Shown: positions 1-13,492 of the stretch, piece by piece | Numbering within the stretch: position 1 is the stretch's first letter | Layout: each line of letters begins with the position of its first letter | Notes under the pieces: generated by a model | Databases searched by the model: none | Seen by the model: only the letters and a program-made list of their open reading frames with translations | What the model was told of the DNA's origin: nothing | NCBI RefSeq assembly: GCF_009914755.1 | Contig: NC_060938.1 | Direction: 5' to 3' (one strand) | Length of the DNA: 64,000 nucleotides | Origin: the human T2T-CHM13v2.0 reference genome, Homo sapiens | Made by a program: the position numbers and the translations under genes

Positions 1-836
1 AAAATATCCTAACCAGGGGATGCCTACTATGATCTATAACAACTAGATGGATGCTGGGAGCCCTGTTTCTTCCCATCCCCCACCTCACTTCTGTCTTCTA
101 AATCACATGCAAGGGCATCTGATTGCTAAACCTTAGTTACATTCAGAACCCCAGTAGCCAAATAGCCCAGAAAATACTATTGTTAGCTTCTAGTCTCTGC
201 ACAATAGAGGAATGCTGGTACAGTGATAAAATGGAGCTGAGTTGCAGTTTCACACATTCATCGGAGACAAAAACCTAAGCTTCTCTTTTATCTCCATGAA
301 GTATTTCCTCCTGTAGTGTTCTAAGCCTCAATCCAAGCAATAGTTATTTTAAAGTGTTTAAAGATCTACCATATTACATAGCATGTCCCTCCTTTTTGGT
401 ATTCTATTCTAAGCAGAGGCTGAGGGTGTATCATCTTACTTTAAGTTCCTTGTGCCTTATCTTTACAAAATCTAAGTAACTCTAACATATTACACAGGTA
501 ACATCGTTTAGCAGTATAAATTAACATTTTTAACATTTAATCACTTTGTCCCCTTCAAATCAAAGAGATAATACAATCCATAAGGTAAAAATGGGTAAAC
601 AGGTCACTTTTTATATGTTAATAGTAACGTTATTTATGTACCTTTTATTCCTCTACAAATTAGTTGTTTCTCTCCATGTAAACGTAAAGTATATTTTGAC
701 TTCTAGGTTGTAAGAGCTGTATACATTTATCACATATCAAATGTAAAATATAAATATTTAAATAACTAAAAAGACCAACAGAGTTTCAGCAGATACAATT
801 AAATTACTCTGTTCCTCACTGAAATTTGTATATTCA

Positions 837-1085
<249 letters not shown>

Positions 1086-2039
1086 TTAATGGAATATCAA
1101 GTTCATGATGCTATATAAAATCTTTTTAAAGGACCAAATATTTTGAGTTGGAGAAAGCTTTTATCGACATGTCCAAGGACTAACAATGAAAAGAAATACC
1201 GTCACCTGACATAGCTAATAGAATCACTCAGTCTTTATTATGTATTTAGTTGAAAAGATTGGATTTATTCAACATTGAAAAAGAGGTGTAAAAGCCAACA
1301 TTTCACCCAACCAGCCTGCTAATCTAGCAAGCAAACTAGAAGCTCAAGATCTTGATAACTCCCTAACCATACTGTGTTGAACTCCATGTATTCCAGTAAA
1401 CACTAAAAATTTCTCTCCCCTTTAAACCATTATAAAGTTACCATCTTTGCTCTCAGGGATAAATAGAAATATATTTTATAAATAGATTGATAGCAATATA
1501 GCAATTCCTAGAAATGTCGTGGTAAGGAGAAGGAGGGTGATGGGTTGTGGGAAAATATCAGAGTATAATATCAAAATAGATAAAAGGTTTATAGAATAGA
1601 CCCTGGCTGCAATATCCATCATGCCCCCAGCTAAGTGCTGCAGTGCGGTTACAAATAAAGGTATTTCCAGCTTGGAAACATTCCCAGTTTTGCTTTAGCC
1701 TCAGTGTTCCACTGAGATCCTTGTAGACTAGGACCTGTAGGCCATGGGTCAGCTGTTAAACATTGAATTCATATGCCACGCCCACCCCACCCCACCTTTG
1801 TGAATTCAAGAAAATAGTTTTTTACAGATTCAATCGCATTCTTCTTCCACCTTTTCTCTTATATGCCTTAATTTTAGCGGACAAAAAATATTTTCATTAT
1901 TACCCTTGACTGTGGTCTTTGGCTTTTCATGCACATGTAATGTTTCCCTGAAACAGTCCCAGTGGTCACCCTGCTCACTGGTTTCTGACTGCAGCTTGGA
2001 ATTAGTTTCTTTGTGGAAGTGGTCGTGGTGGTAACTATA

Positions 2040-2235
2040 CTAATGGAGAGCTTAGTATGTGACAAGCACTATTCTAAATCCTTTTCACTTATTAGCCAAT
2101 TTAATTCTTTGAATATCTCCATTTTATGGATGAAAAAACTGAGTCACAAAAAGTTTAAGCAACTAGTCAAAGATGACACTACTTGTAAATGGCAGAGTTG
2201 GAATTGCAATCTAGTCAGCCGTGGATTTTACCATA
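2040..2235 (+). mobile_element. MIR SINE, degraded
   Basis: MIR core-like 'ctccattttatggatgaaaaaactgagtcacaaaaagtttaagcaactagtcaaagatgacac'. Confidence 0.75.
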
Positions 2236-3273
2236 CACCATTTGAGTAGAAAAGTAGAATAGAGAGCAGTTTCCTTCAGAGTTTCTCATGCTATCTTCAT
2301 GCCTTATGCCTTTGATGTTAGACTGAGCTAGTTTTTGTCAGTTCCATTGCATTACACTGTATGCACCACATTCCTTCTTTGAAGTTATCTGAAATATTAA
2401 CCCCTCAAGAAGATTTGATTTATGGGGCATTAATTTTTTTGGTGACAAAATATTTTCTTGGGCTTTTATCTTTGTTTTTACAATTTGGTTTAGAGAAATA
2501 AAACATTGTTATAATAATTAGTTTTTGCCACAATTCTTTTGGAGTGACTCCATGCATTGCAAACTGATGCTTTCATAGGTAGAAAATTTTTCATTATAAT
2601 GTTCTTCATGTTATGCAGTGTACTAACCAATTATCTGGTTTAAGCAAGTTATGAAAGTCAAGACACAGAAAGAGATTTTGAATGTAAGTGAGGGTTATTT
2701 CATTACTTTATCTTATTGATTGCTATAATTAACCAAAGTCTTCTCATTTTAAGAATACTGTTTAGGTTTCAATAAAGTCAAATCATGCCACCATTCCACT
2801 TAAAACTCCTTACATTTTAATTGTTCTTTCTCTTACATTTATGAAATACAGGAAACAGTACATGTGAAGCGGATAAAGTTTATCGAATAATTAACTGATC
2901 TCAGGTTATGTTTAAAAATTGTACATAAGAAACCTTGTTATGAACCACTTAGTTTTCAAAATAGTAGCATTTTAAAAAATAGTTAAAAACCCTAGCAAAT
3001 AGCCAATACCTAGAGCTTCTCATCAACACACTTACCATTTCTAGCCAACTACCTACCCTAGGAATCGAGCTTTATTGTATGCCTAGCTATACAACTTCTT
3101 AGAAGAAAGTCATCCTGTTAACATTTTCAGTTTCTAGCACAACTTGAAAATTCCTGAAACTGGGAATGAGATGCTCGAGGTGGCTTCTCAGTGATCCCTT
3201 AATGTTTTGTTCTTATTTATATCTGCTTAGTACAAAAAAAAAGGTAACATAAGAAATGGGTCAAGGATGTAGA

Positions 3274-3562
3274 GGCCAGGTGTGGTGGCTCACTCCTGTA
3301 ATCCCAACACTTTGGGAGGCCGAGGTGGGTGGATCACAAAGTCAGGAGTTTGAGACCAGCCTGCCCAACATAGTGGAACATTGTCTCTACTAAAAACACA
3401 AAAAATTAGCCTGGCATGGTAGCGTGCACCTTTGATCCCAGCTACTCAGGAGGCTAAGGCAGAAGAATCACTTGAACCTGGGAGGCAGAGGTTGCAGTGA
3501 GCCGAGATTGTGCCATTGTACTCCAGCCTGGGCGACAAAACAAGACTCTGTCTCAAAAAAAA
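3274..3562 (+). mobile_element. Full-length AluS (Sg-like)
   Basis: Dimeric Alu with poly(A); perfect 23-bp TSD aagaaatgggtcaaggatgtaga at 3251-3273 and 3563-3585. Confidence 0.97.
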
Positions 3563-4689
3563 AAGAAATGGGTCAAGGATGTAGAAACTGGAATAAAATA
3601 AAAACAAGTTAGACTCCTACTAGACAGAATTGATATACTCTTTTCCACAGGCTGACTTTTCAAAGGATTCTTTTTCCAGCCAGCAGGTATCTACAGGTGT
3701 AGGCTGGCAGGTATCATCAGTTGGCAATCCATGAAGAGTCAGCAATACCAGAGTAATTGCTGTGGAAGGATAAATTAGCCTAAGTGCTGCTTGCCAGCAG
3801 AGGTATGTTGGAAAGCTCTCTTCCTCTCATTCTGGATCTGATGTGCCAATTCACTTTAGCTCTTCCTCTGAAGAAAAGGTTTAAAGTAACAGCAAATCTC
3901 AATTTGCAAGTGAGGAGAGAGTAAAAAAACCAACATTCTCTCTGAAGAGTTCTACCTCTTCTAATCCCTATTGCCATTTGAGCATATAATGTTTCTAGAG
4001 TCATTTAATTTCCCTGCTAACAAAAACTATAAAGTATTTTAAGAAAAAAAAATAAGTTTTCATGCACAGAACAAAAATGTTGATAAATTGGATATTCAAG
4101 CTAGAAGTTATATAAGTAACTTCTCTAGCTTATATTTCAATAATAATAATAAGTAAATTTTATAAAGCTGTCAGTGAGGTACTACTCACACACATATTAC
4201 CTAATTTGCCATAAGTAAAAAACTTAGATAAAGCATTTTTTATAGTTAGAAATAAACACAATATTTAACATTTCCTCCAAAATGCAAATCAATAATGTTA
4301 CTAGACCACTGCATACTATATGATTTGAATCAGTTCCTGTTCAGCTGGAAAATGATGGACCAGAATGTGAATACACCCTGTATTTCTAAAAATTTACTTC
4401 TGTTTATCACCCGCTGTAGGTTTATTCAACGGTTCTGATTTCAAGTAACTTTATTACTTTAATAATAGCACTTTACTGAATACAGATATAAGTGTTTAAA
4501 TTATTATGACATTTAAAAAAATCACAGAAAATAAAATATCATAAAAAGTCCATTATAAGAATACAAGCCCTGATGTTAATTGAGAGTAAGGCATGTTTAT
4601 TTATACCACTCTGAATTTGTAAATAAAGAAGTAATATTTGATGAGTGAAAATTATTTAACAAATACTACATGCATATTCCCTCATTTAC

Positions 4690-4830
4690 TCCTCAAAGTA
4701 TCTCTGGGGGATAGAAAATATCAACCCCAAGTTCAGATGAGAATTGTAGGGATTTTCAGAGTTAAATAATCACTCAACCACTATGTGGTAAGTAGTAGAG
4801 CTGAGAATTGAACCTGAGTGTATAAGCTCC
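4690..4830 (+). mobile_element. MIR fragment
   Basis: 'cagatgagaattgtaggg...gtaagtagtagagctgagaattgaacctgag' resembles MIR core. Confidence 0.6.
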
Positions 4831-5515
4831 ATTGGTTTTTTTCTTTATTTTGCTGCTCAAAATGGAACTTTCCTTTTACCTTACATTTTATGGCAAACAT
4901 TATTTTGCCCAACATAACATATTTACAATAACGTAGAGTTCCTATGCATTTTTAATTAGCATTTTCTTATTCCTTAGTTCTATATTTGATGCTTTATTAA
5001 TCATTGTATGACTGTATATATTTATTAGTACAAAATCTCTCCATTTCCATATTGGGCTATCAAAAGTAATTTACCCAAGCAAATGATGATAAAAATAAAG
5101 ATATAAGTCATTAGTAAAGATGGTATGAATTGCTAAATCACAAGGAGAGCAGAGTGCTTCTTGTCTTAAAAATTTAAATTGATATTTTCTGTTAAAAATG
5201 GTTTGCACTTCACATAGATAAATGTTTTTACTCCTAGATCTGTTTAATTAAGAATGGTTACAAATTTGAGGCTCCTTTATTTGAATATTCTGACCATTTT
5301 CCACAAAAATCATTTTAACTGTATCAAAATTTTCTTTCAGCACACCAAATAATTCTGTGCTTGAAAGTATGAGAATTCTGAGATAAAACAAGACATTGAA
5401 CAACATGAACAAAATTATGAGCCATTTATCCTTTCTCTTTCAAGAAAGCGTTGAATTGACTTTTCGATAGCAACAGGAAGAGTTAAACCATCATTCTTTT
5501 ATTAATACATCTTAG

Positions 5516-5626
5516 ATCATGTGGCAGAAACAGCCTGCACCTGTGTTCAAGAACCAGCTGTTCCTGATAAAAAACGTCTGCAGAATCCTCACTGGCAGTG
5601 GATGATGGAGCCATTAATCAAAAGTG
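5516..5626 (+). other. Candidate 111-nt internal exon (unverified)
   Basis: ttctttt...cttag| acceptor, GTG|gtaaat donor, one open frame, symmetric phase; no recognised product. Confidence 0.2.
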
Positions 5627-6049
5627 GTAAATCCTAGTAAACTTTTACTAGGATTTCAAAGTTTGGCACCATTATAATTTGTTCAAGAGTTTCCATAGAA
5701 ATATAGGTGAAAGAAAATAATTACATAAAATTCATGAGGAAATAAAGCCAACCTTTTCTAATATTGGTTCAAATCATTTGGATTCTTCTTTGTTATTAAG
5801 ATGCTTATTTTTTATTATGCATGCAATTTCTCCCACCTCTTTACTATATACTGGTAATCACCAGAAAAAAATAAGAAAAGAAAGAAATATCAAGGAATAT
5901 AAAATTAAATAAAAATAATCTGAAGCAAGCGTACAGATACCTCTTCTTAAACTATGATTCTAAAATATATTCCTCACTTGATGTAAATTTAAATAAACCT
6001 ATTACTCACTTGAATAAACACAATGTAAAATACTACATTTTGTTCTGCT

Positions 6050-9040
6050 TCTAGCCAGGATGAGAAAACAGAGACAAGATTTAAATTATTTTCTGAGGCT
6101 TTTTTTTTAAAACTGGAAAATAATATATAAAGCAAGAGTTTTCAGGATTTTGGACATTAGACATTTTTGAGAGATGTCAAACAAAGAAGGTGAGCATCAC
6201 AACTGCTCCACAATACTGTCTAGAGACTGTTTCCAGGTTACAGCACAGGGAGTAAGAACCGAAGTAGACCTTAGCAGTCTGTCTTTGGAAGGACTAAGCT
6301 GGCAACATGGCAAGCAAAGGCGAGGGTTATTAGGACAACGTCTCTGAAAGAAGAAAGCTGCAGAGAGTGGAAACTCAAGAGATACCACCATCAAGTAGTA
6401 GCTGTGTACTAATGAGCACAGCCATGTGAGGAAACCAGCTGCAGTCAGGAAAAGAAACAACATTATAGGGTACAGTCCCTGAAACTCACACGAGGAGATT
6501 GAGAAGAGTTACTGTTTTCACTGTATAGAAGAGAACACTGCATAATTCGCAGGCCATTGGGCAGAGTATTGAAGAAGGGCTTTTCCTCCCAAGTTGAGTA
6601 ATTTTAACACTAAAGTAATTCTGTTCTGGAACTGTAAACCAAAGCTTAAAAGTAGGAATAAAGCTGTTTCTGTGTAACTTACAGAATTACCTACAGCTAA
6701 CATACTTGCTAATGAATGACTAAATGCTTCATCTCAAAAAAGAAAAAAAGGAGTAAGGCAATGACATCTATTTTCACCCATTTCTGTTATCATTGTACAG
6801 GAGGTACTAGTCAAAATAGTAAGGCAAGAAAACAAAATAAAAGGTATTCAGGTTGGAAGAGAAGAAGTAAAACTGTCTTTATTCACAGAGGCCATATTCA
6901 CCAATCTAGAAAATCTGATGAGAATTACAATAAAACTATTGGAACTATTAAGCAAAATTACCAAGGTTGCAGGATATAAGATTGATATACAAAAATCAGC
7001 CATATTTCTATATGCTGAAAACGAGCAATCAGAGATTCAAATTTAAAAAAATCAATTGAAATAGCATACAAATATACAGTACTTAGGGATAAATCTGACA
7101 AAATATATGCAAACCCTATAGTCTGAAAACTATAAAACATTGCAGGAATATAAATCAAAGAAGACCTAAATAAGTAGAGATACATACAGTGTTCAGGTGT
7201 TGGAAGATTTACTATTTATTAACATATCAATTCTCCCTATCTTGATAATACATTCAACTAAATAGCAATCAAAATTCCAGCAAGCTTTTATGCAGAAATT
7301 GATAAGCTAATTTAAATAGAAATGCAAAGAACCCAGAAGAGCAAATTATTGAGATAGAAAACTTGGAGGATTTATGCTACTTGGCTTTAAGATTTGTTAT
7401 AAATCCATAGTAATCAAGACCACCTGGCATTGATGTACAGATAGACAAATAGATAGATGGGAAGAATACAGCGTCCAGAAAAGACCCACAAAAACCTGGC
7501 CAATTAAATTTGAAAAAGATGCCAGAACAATTCAATGGATAAAGAATAGCTTTTTCAACAAACAATGCCAGAACAATTGGCTAACAATATGCAAGAAGTA
7601 AACCTTGATCAATATACACATAGTACTTCATAATTGATTGTAAATCTAAATTTAAAATCAAAAACTATAAAACTTCTAGAATAAAGTCTTCATAATCTTG
7701 GATTAGACAATGATTTTTTGTATATGGCACAAATGGCACAATCAATAACAGAAAAAAAATCAACAAAATCAAAATCAAATACTGGCTCTTCAAGAGACAT
7801 TGTTTAGAGAATGAAAAGACAAGGCACAAAGTAGAAGAAAATATGAAAATATTTTCAAATTCTTTCTTCAATAGAAAACTTCTATTCAGCATATAGCAGA
7901 AATTCTCAGAACTCAACATAAAACCAAACAGCCCCATTTATTAAAATGGGCCAAATATCTAAATAAAAATAAGAATATATATAGATGGAAAATAAACATA
8001 AGAAAATATGCTCAACAAATACACCATGTTCTTAAAAATGGGAGCCAAATGATGAGAACACGTGGACACATAGAGGGGAACAAGACACACTGGGGCCTCT
8101 CGGCGGGGAGGGTCGGGGGAGGGAGAGGATCAGGAAAAATAATTAATGGATACTAGGCCTAAGACCCGGGTAATGAAATAATCTGTACAACAAAACCCCA
8201 TGACACAAGTTTACATATGTAAGAAACCTGAACATGTACTCCTAAACATAAAATAAAAGTTAAAACATTTTTTAAAAGAAAGAAAGAAAAAGAAAATATG
8301 CTCAACATTATTTTAAATTAGGTAAATGCAAATTAATACTATGATGAGATATCGCTACATACCTATTAGAATGGCTACAATTAAAAAGACTGCACATAAC
8401 AGAGGTATTGGCAGGTATGTGGAACAAATGGAACTTGTATTCACTGCTGGTAGGAATTTAAAATGGTATTAACACTTTGGAAAGCAATTTGACATTTTTG
8501 TAAAATCTTAAACATATACCTACCACATGACTCACGCCTTCCACTCCTAGGTACTTTCCTAAAAAGGAAAGCATATATCTCTGCAAAACTTGTTTATAAG
8601 CGTGCATATTTTTAATAGCCAAAACTTGAAACAATCTAGAAGTTCATCATCAATAGGCAAATGGATAAACAAATTGTGGTATATCCATGAACTAATTAAT
8701 TCCGCAAAAATAAAACAAAATAATACATGGAACATCATAGGCAAATCTTAAATAATTACTCTGAGTGAAAGAAACCATACCAAAATGAGTACATAAAGTA
8801 TGTTTCCATTTATATAAAATTCTAGAAAATGAAAACTAACCTACAGTGACAGAAAGCAGATCAGTGATTGCCTGGGTGGGAAGAGACAAGAGAGAGAATT
8901 TCCAAGGGGCACTTAGCAACTTTTAGAGGAATGGATTCATTGCCTTTATTGTGGTGATGATTTCCAGGATATATACATACTTATCAAATCATACATTTTA
9001 AATATGTGTGCTTTACTGTGTATAAATTATACATGAATAC
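6050..9040 (+). mobile_element. Ancient L1ME-type LINE (5' region, ORF2 remnants, L1ME1-like 3' UTR), interrupted by an L1PA fragment
   Basis: ORF2-like DNA ('gcaggatataagattgatatacaaaaatcagcc', 'ctttttcaacaaacaatgc'); L1ME 3' UTR motif 'gtgacagaaagcagatcagtgattgcctggg'. Confidence 0.8.
8018..8289 (+). mobile_element. Heavily 5'-truncated L1PA13-15-like 3' UTR insertion
   Basis: L1PA 3' UTR with G-rich tract, aataaa and A-rich tail; perfect 18-bp TSD aagaaaatatgctcaaca at 8000-8017 and 8290-8307. Confidence 0.92.
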
Positions 9041-10383
9041 CAGTTTTTTTTAATGGACTTTATATTTTTCCAAGATAAGAAATTTTAAAAAGAACCTTTA
9101 AAAATTCTGGCTTAAATTTTGATTTGGAAAAGAATTTCAAAGTTTTGGAAATTGAATAGTCACGAAAGTGATGGTGTTTGATTGAAAAACCCATGTCAAG
9201 CTTTTCTCTTGATGCTTTGTAATTTTTCTATTATGTATATTGAAATCCAAGCCATATAATGGAACACAATATTTCTGTTAAATCTTTTATTAAATTACAG
9301 TGTGTTTACACTGACTAATTATGCCCGCTGGATTACAAGTAATTTTTTACAGCCAGTGCAATGCCTAGTAAATTGTGCATATTTCATACCAAGAGGTGTT
9401 GAGTGAGTGAGTGAATGAAAGAAAAAGGTTTCAATATGCTACTACTATGACACATCAAGTCTTCTCTTGGTTGCCTAGAAAAGTTAATATTTTGGAACAA
9501 CAAAAATATGAGAACCCAATAATTACTACATTTTACTTTAGATGCACAGATGTAAGCATTTCATATCCAATTCCTCAGATGGCCATATTGATACTTCTAT
9601 ACTTCTATTTTATTGTCTTGGCAGAGAAATTTTGCTACTCATGAACAACATCTGATATCAGGCTCATATTCACGTATAAGACTTTCTACGTGGTACTGAT
9701 TCCAGAAAAAAATATCGTTTTAATAAAGCAACATGTTTTTATTGGTATTAATTTGGCTTGAAATTTGCCTGTGCACATCTCTTACTATAAATGCAACCCC
9801 TACTCCTGATTCTTCTCATTTTTATATCTTCACAGCTATATGGGACAAAACTAAAGCCATTACCTAAAAAATAAAGCAGAAGTCCTTTTAATGTAATAAA
9901 AAAGGAAAAGTACAAAGCATATTTTCTTTATGATTTTGTTGATTCTTTACATTTTAAATATATTGGTCACTAGCAGACATATTTGCAAAATGATAATAGT
10001 AACAATAATAACAGTAGTAGTAGTAACAGCAAATAGTTGTAATGGGTCTATTACACACAAAATAAAAAAGTATTTAGAATAATCATTAATTAACAGGCAA
10101 AAAAAATCTCAATTTTTAAAGTATGTCTTTTTAAAACTGCTTGCTAATTTCAATGACCTTGGAAAAGAAAAAACCTCTGCCTTTTGGGAAGCCAAAATAT
10201 ACCAGTGGTTCATATGGATTTATTTTTGCTAACTATACAAAATAAACTTAATTAATTTTGATTTTTCCAATAAAGCAATGCTTAAGCAAGATAAGTAATA
10301 ACTAAACTCCACAAACTCCTATGAAAGCACTTATAATTGCTGTCTTGAAAATAGCAAGCTACTTTTTTAAATGTTTTTTACTA

Positions 10384-10423
10384 TATTTTATTCTGTCACA
10401 GCTATTTTATTCTGTCACAGCTA
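10384..10423. repeat. 19-bp perfect tandem duplication (tattttattctgtcacagc x2)
   Basis: Directly visible. Confidence 0.9.
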
Positions 10424-12037
10424 ATTAGTTTTGTATTATGAAATGGTTTTTCAAAAGCAACTGATGTTGGCTTGCTGATTTTTATAGCCAAAGCATATGT
10501 CTCTAATTTAAGGTATGGTGCTTTTCTTGGACATATTTTTAAGCAATATAAAAAGGATGTTAAGTATAGTGGAATCCACTAAACTAATTTTAACATAACC
10601 AAATAATGTCCGGCAAAATTTAATGTCTAGGCTCATAAATATAAATTGTAAAACAGTAATATTAATAAAAATTTTGACCTACATATTTCTTAAGCGAAAG
10701 CTTCAACTAATCATTTAATGTAATGACCTTGAATGAAATATATTTTTATTATTCAAGCATTTCAAAATTATATTAAAATAGTCATAGTCATAGAAAGCTT
10801 CATCTCTCAGGTATATTACAATGAAGTTAACTAAATAGTGACAGTAAAAAAGAAGTTACTTCAAAGTTGCAGCATAAATACATACACACATAACTAATAT
10901 GGTCTACATTTCTTGAATTCAAAAAGTGGAAATTATTTAAACTTTATGCTATTCTCAAAATCAGAGTAAGTGGACCCCACTGTCCTAGAACTAAGCTATG
11001 CTCAAATATACCTTCTGTTAAAAAAAGATTTTGTTTTACTCAATTTGGGGCTACCATTTGCTACCAGTTAAAATCAACAGATGCTTAAAGTATCTGTCCT
11101 CAGTCTTTTCAAAGTAAGTATTTTAAAATTCCATTATTCTTATTTTTGTGTATTGTTTTTTTTTGCTTCTCAACCAGTGAATAATCTGATGATTATCACT
11201 GATGATGAGCCTGAATACAGTAGCTCACTTTTTTCTTCTCCCCAGAGTAGTAATTTCATCCTGCAATTGCCTTTTTCTCTTCTGTCAAGTCTTCTGCAAC
11301 ATAATCCATCAAGCCCTTTCCTCAGTTGTCTCTACTTATTTCTCTTCTTCAAGTGCAGTGAAACTCCTCTTCTTTGAGATCATATTTAAATATAAAAGAT
11401 ACACTCACACAGGCATTTGTACACACACACACACAGGCATACACGTATTGGTTCACGTTACTCTTTTCTATTCGAACATAATCCATGTGCTTATAAAGAA
11501 ATACGTATGAATCATGATTTTACTAATTAGCTATGATAGCAACTTACACAGAGGAAAGAATATTTTCTCAGAAATCCTAAAATAATTGGATGGTAGTCCT
11601 GGATCTCCCATTAACAATGTGACATTTAGAAACTATTTGCTTGTTTAGTGCTTGTTTCCACATCACTGAGCTGCTAAAAGAAGACTGCTGGCCATTTCTC
11701 AGTTATCTAATTCATTGTGCTTATTTAGGTTTCTTCCAGTTACTCTGCTACCATTTCCACCAAGAAATAAGGAAAGAACCTTAAGTGCATTGAGAAACAA
11801 ATGCCAGGTCAGATTCCTGTTTGCAAAGCATCAGTGACCAACAGGTGGAACTAATGCCTAAATTGAAAAATTAATTTGGATTTCATTTATCTGTATTTCC
11901 CCAGAGATTCCTTATAATTAAAAGTTGACTGTACCTGTTTCCTGTTTACTTCAATGACCTTGGGAAACTAAGTAAATTCTTCCACGGAATTCCTTGTAAA
12001 CAAGTTGCAAATCTTACCTATTTCTTCCTCTCTCCAG

Positions 12038-12043
12038 CATCAG
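12038..12043 (+). other. Candidate 6-nt microexon CATCAG (unverified)
   Basis: cttac branch-like motif, tttcttcctctctccag acceptor, CAG|gtatgc donor. Confidence 0.2.
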
Positions 12044-12113
12044 GTATGCTATATAATTTTAGGCCTTTAGCTACTAATAGGTTTTGTTCATACAGATCAG
12101 AAATAAAATCTAA

Positions 12114-12412
12114 GGCCAGGCATGGTGGCTCACGCCTGTAATCCCAACACTTTGGGAGGCCCAGGCAGGTGAATCACTTGAGGTCGGGAGTTCGAGAGTA
12201 GCCTGGGCAACATGGTGAAACCCTATTTCTACTAAAAATATAAAAAATTAGCCGGGTGTGGTGGTGGGTGCCTGTAATCCCTGCTACTCAGGAGGCTGAG
12301 GCAGGAGAATTGCTTGACCTCGGGAGGCAGAATTTGCAGTGACCCGAGATTGCGCCACTGTACTCTAGCCTGGGCTACAGAAAGACTGTCTGGAAAAAAT
12401 AAAGAAAAGAAA
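12114..12412 (+). mobile_element. Full-length AluSx/Sz
   Basis: Dimeric Alu; TSD cagaaataa(a/g)atctaa at 12098-12113 and 12413-12428. Confidence 0.97.
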
Positions 12413-12899
12413 CAGAAATAAGATCTAAATAGCTACTCGCACAGTGCACCTGTTCCTCCGAAATATTTTTCTACTTACCAGCACATGTCCCAGTATCATA
12501 TTAGATTTAATAACTATTTTAAACAATCATAATTCAGGGTATGTATGGATTTGGGATAAAAACTAGAATAAATTTCATGCTGCAATTTTATTTCCAGACT
12601 GCTATGCCTTTATACCTAGAAGAATTGCTGGGAACTTCTTTCATTTAATGAATTATAACCACTTGATAATTGTTGTCTAAAGTTACTGAAATTTTATTCT
12701 TCTGTAGAAAATATCTAATGGGTTCAAAGTTATTTGTTAAATTAATTTAGGGAGTGGTCATTTAATCTGAATTATGGAGTCATCAAAACTTATTAATTTA
12801 AAATTTAGAGATTCTCTGAGGCAGCATATAATCATTTTAAAACTTATTTTTAATCACTTATTTCATTTATTGAATTACTCTTAATTAACAAATATATTT

Positions 12900-13490
12900 T
12901 TCTGAAAAATCATTACAATGACATTTTAAAACTAACCTCCTACACCAAATAGAAACATTGGTTCACAGCTTAGGCCAAAATTCCAGAAAGTACTCAAATT
13001 TAAAGGACTATAAATAGTAAGTATTAGTGAGGATTTGGGGCAAGTGGAAACCTTATACAATTCTCATGAAAATGAATTGTTATAATTCATTTGAAAAACT
13101 ATTTGTCATTATATACAACAGATAAATATACATATCTACGATGACCCACCAACTCTTACACATGCAGTTCAAAATATATCTGCAAAGAATATTCAGAGCA
13201 GCTGTAGTCAAAATAGCAAAAAACCTGGAAGCAACCAAAATGTCCATCAAATGGTACATTTATAAAATGGAATATTATAAGGAAATAAGAAATTAATAAA
13301 ATACTTCTAATGCAAAGCACTAACAAATTTTGCAAACAATGCTATGTGACAGATACCAGACACATAAAAAGTACACATAAACTTCAAAATGAAAACATGG
13401 AGGTTCTTTTTTCAGTAATGACAAAGTTGCTTATTTTAGAAGAATTATCCTACAAATAACAATTGTAAACTGGTATAAATATTTTTACAA
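12900..13490 (+). mobile_element. Degraded L1ME 3' fragments
   Basis: 'aatagcaaaaaacctggaagcaaccaaaatgtccatcaaa...aaaatggaatattat' matches the ORF2 end / 3' UTR of old L1M. Confidence 0.65.
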
Positions 13491-13492
13491 AA

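Noticed and set aside
11081-11510. Overlapping 98- and 102-aa ORFs
   Set aside because: Low-complexity F/L/S-rich translation of pyrimidine-rich and (CA)n sequence; no recognisable domain
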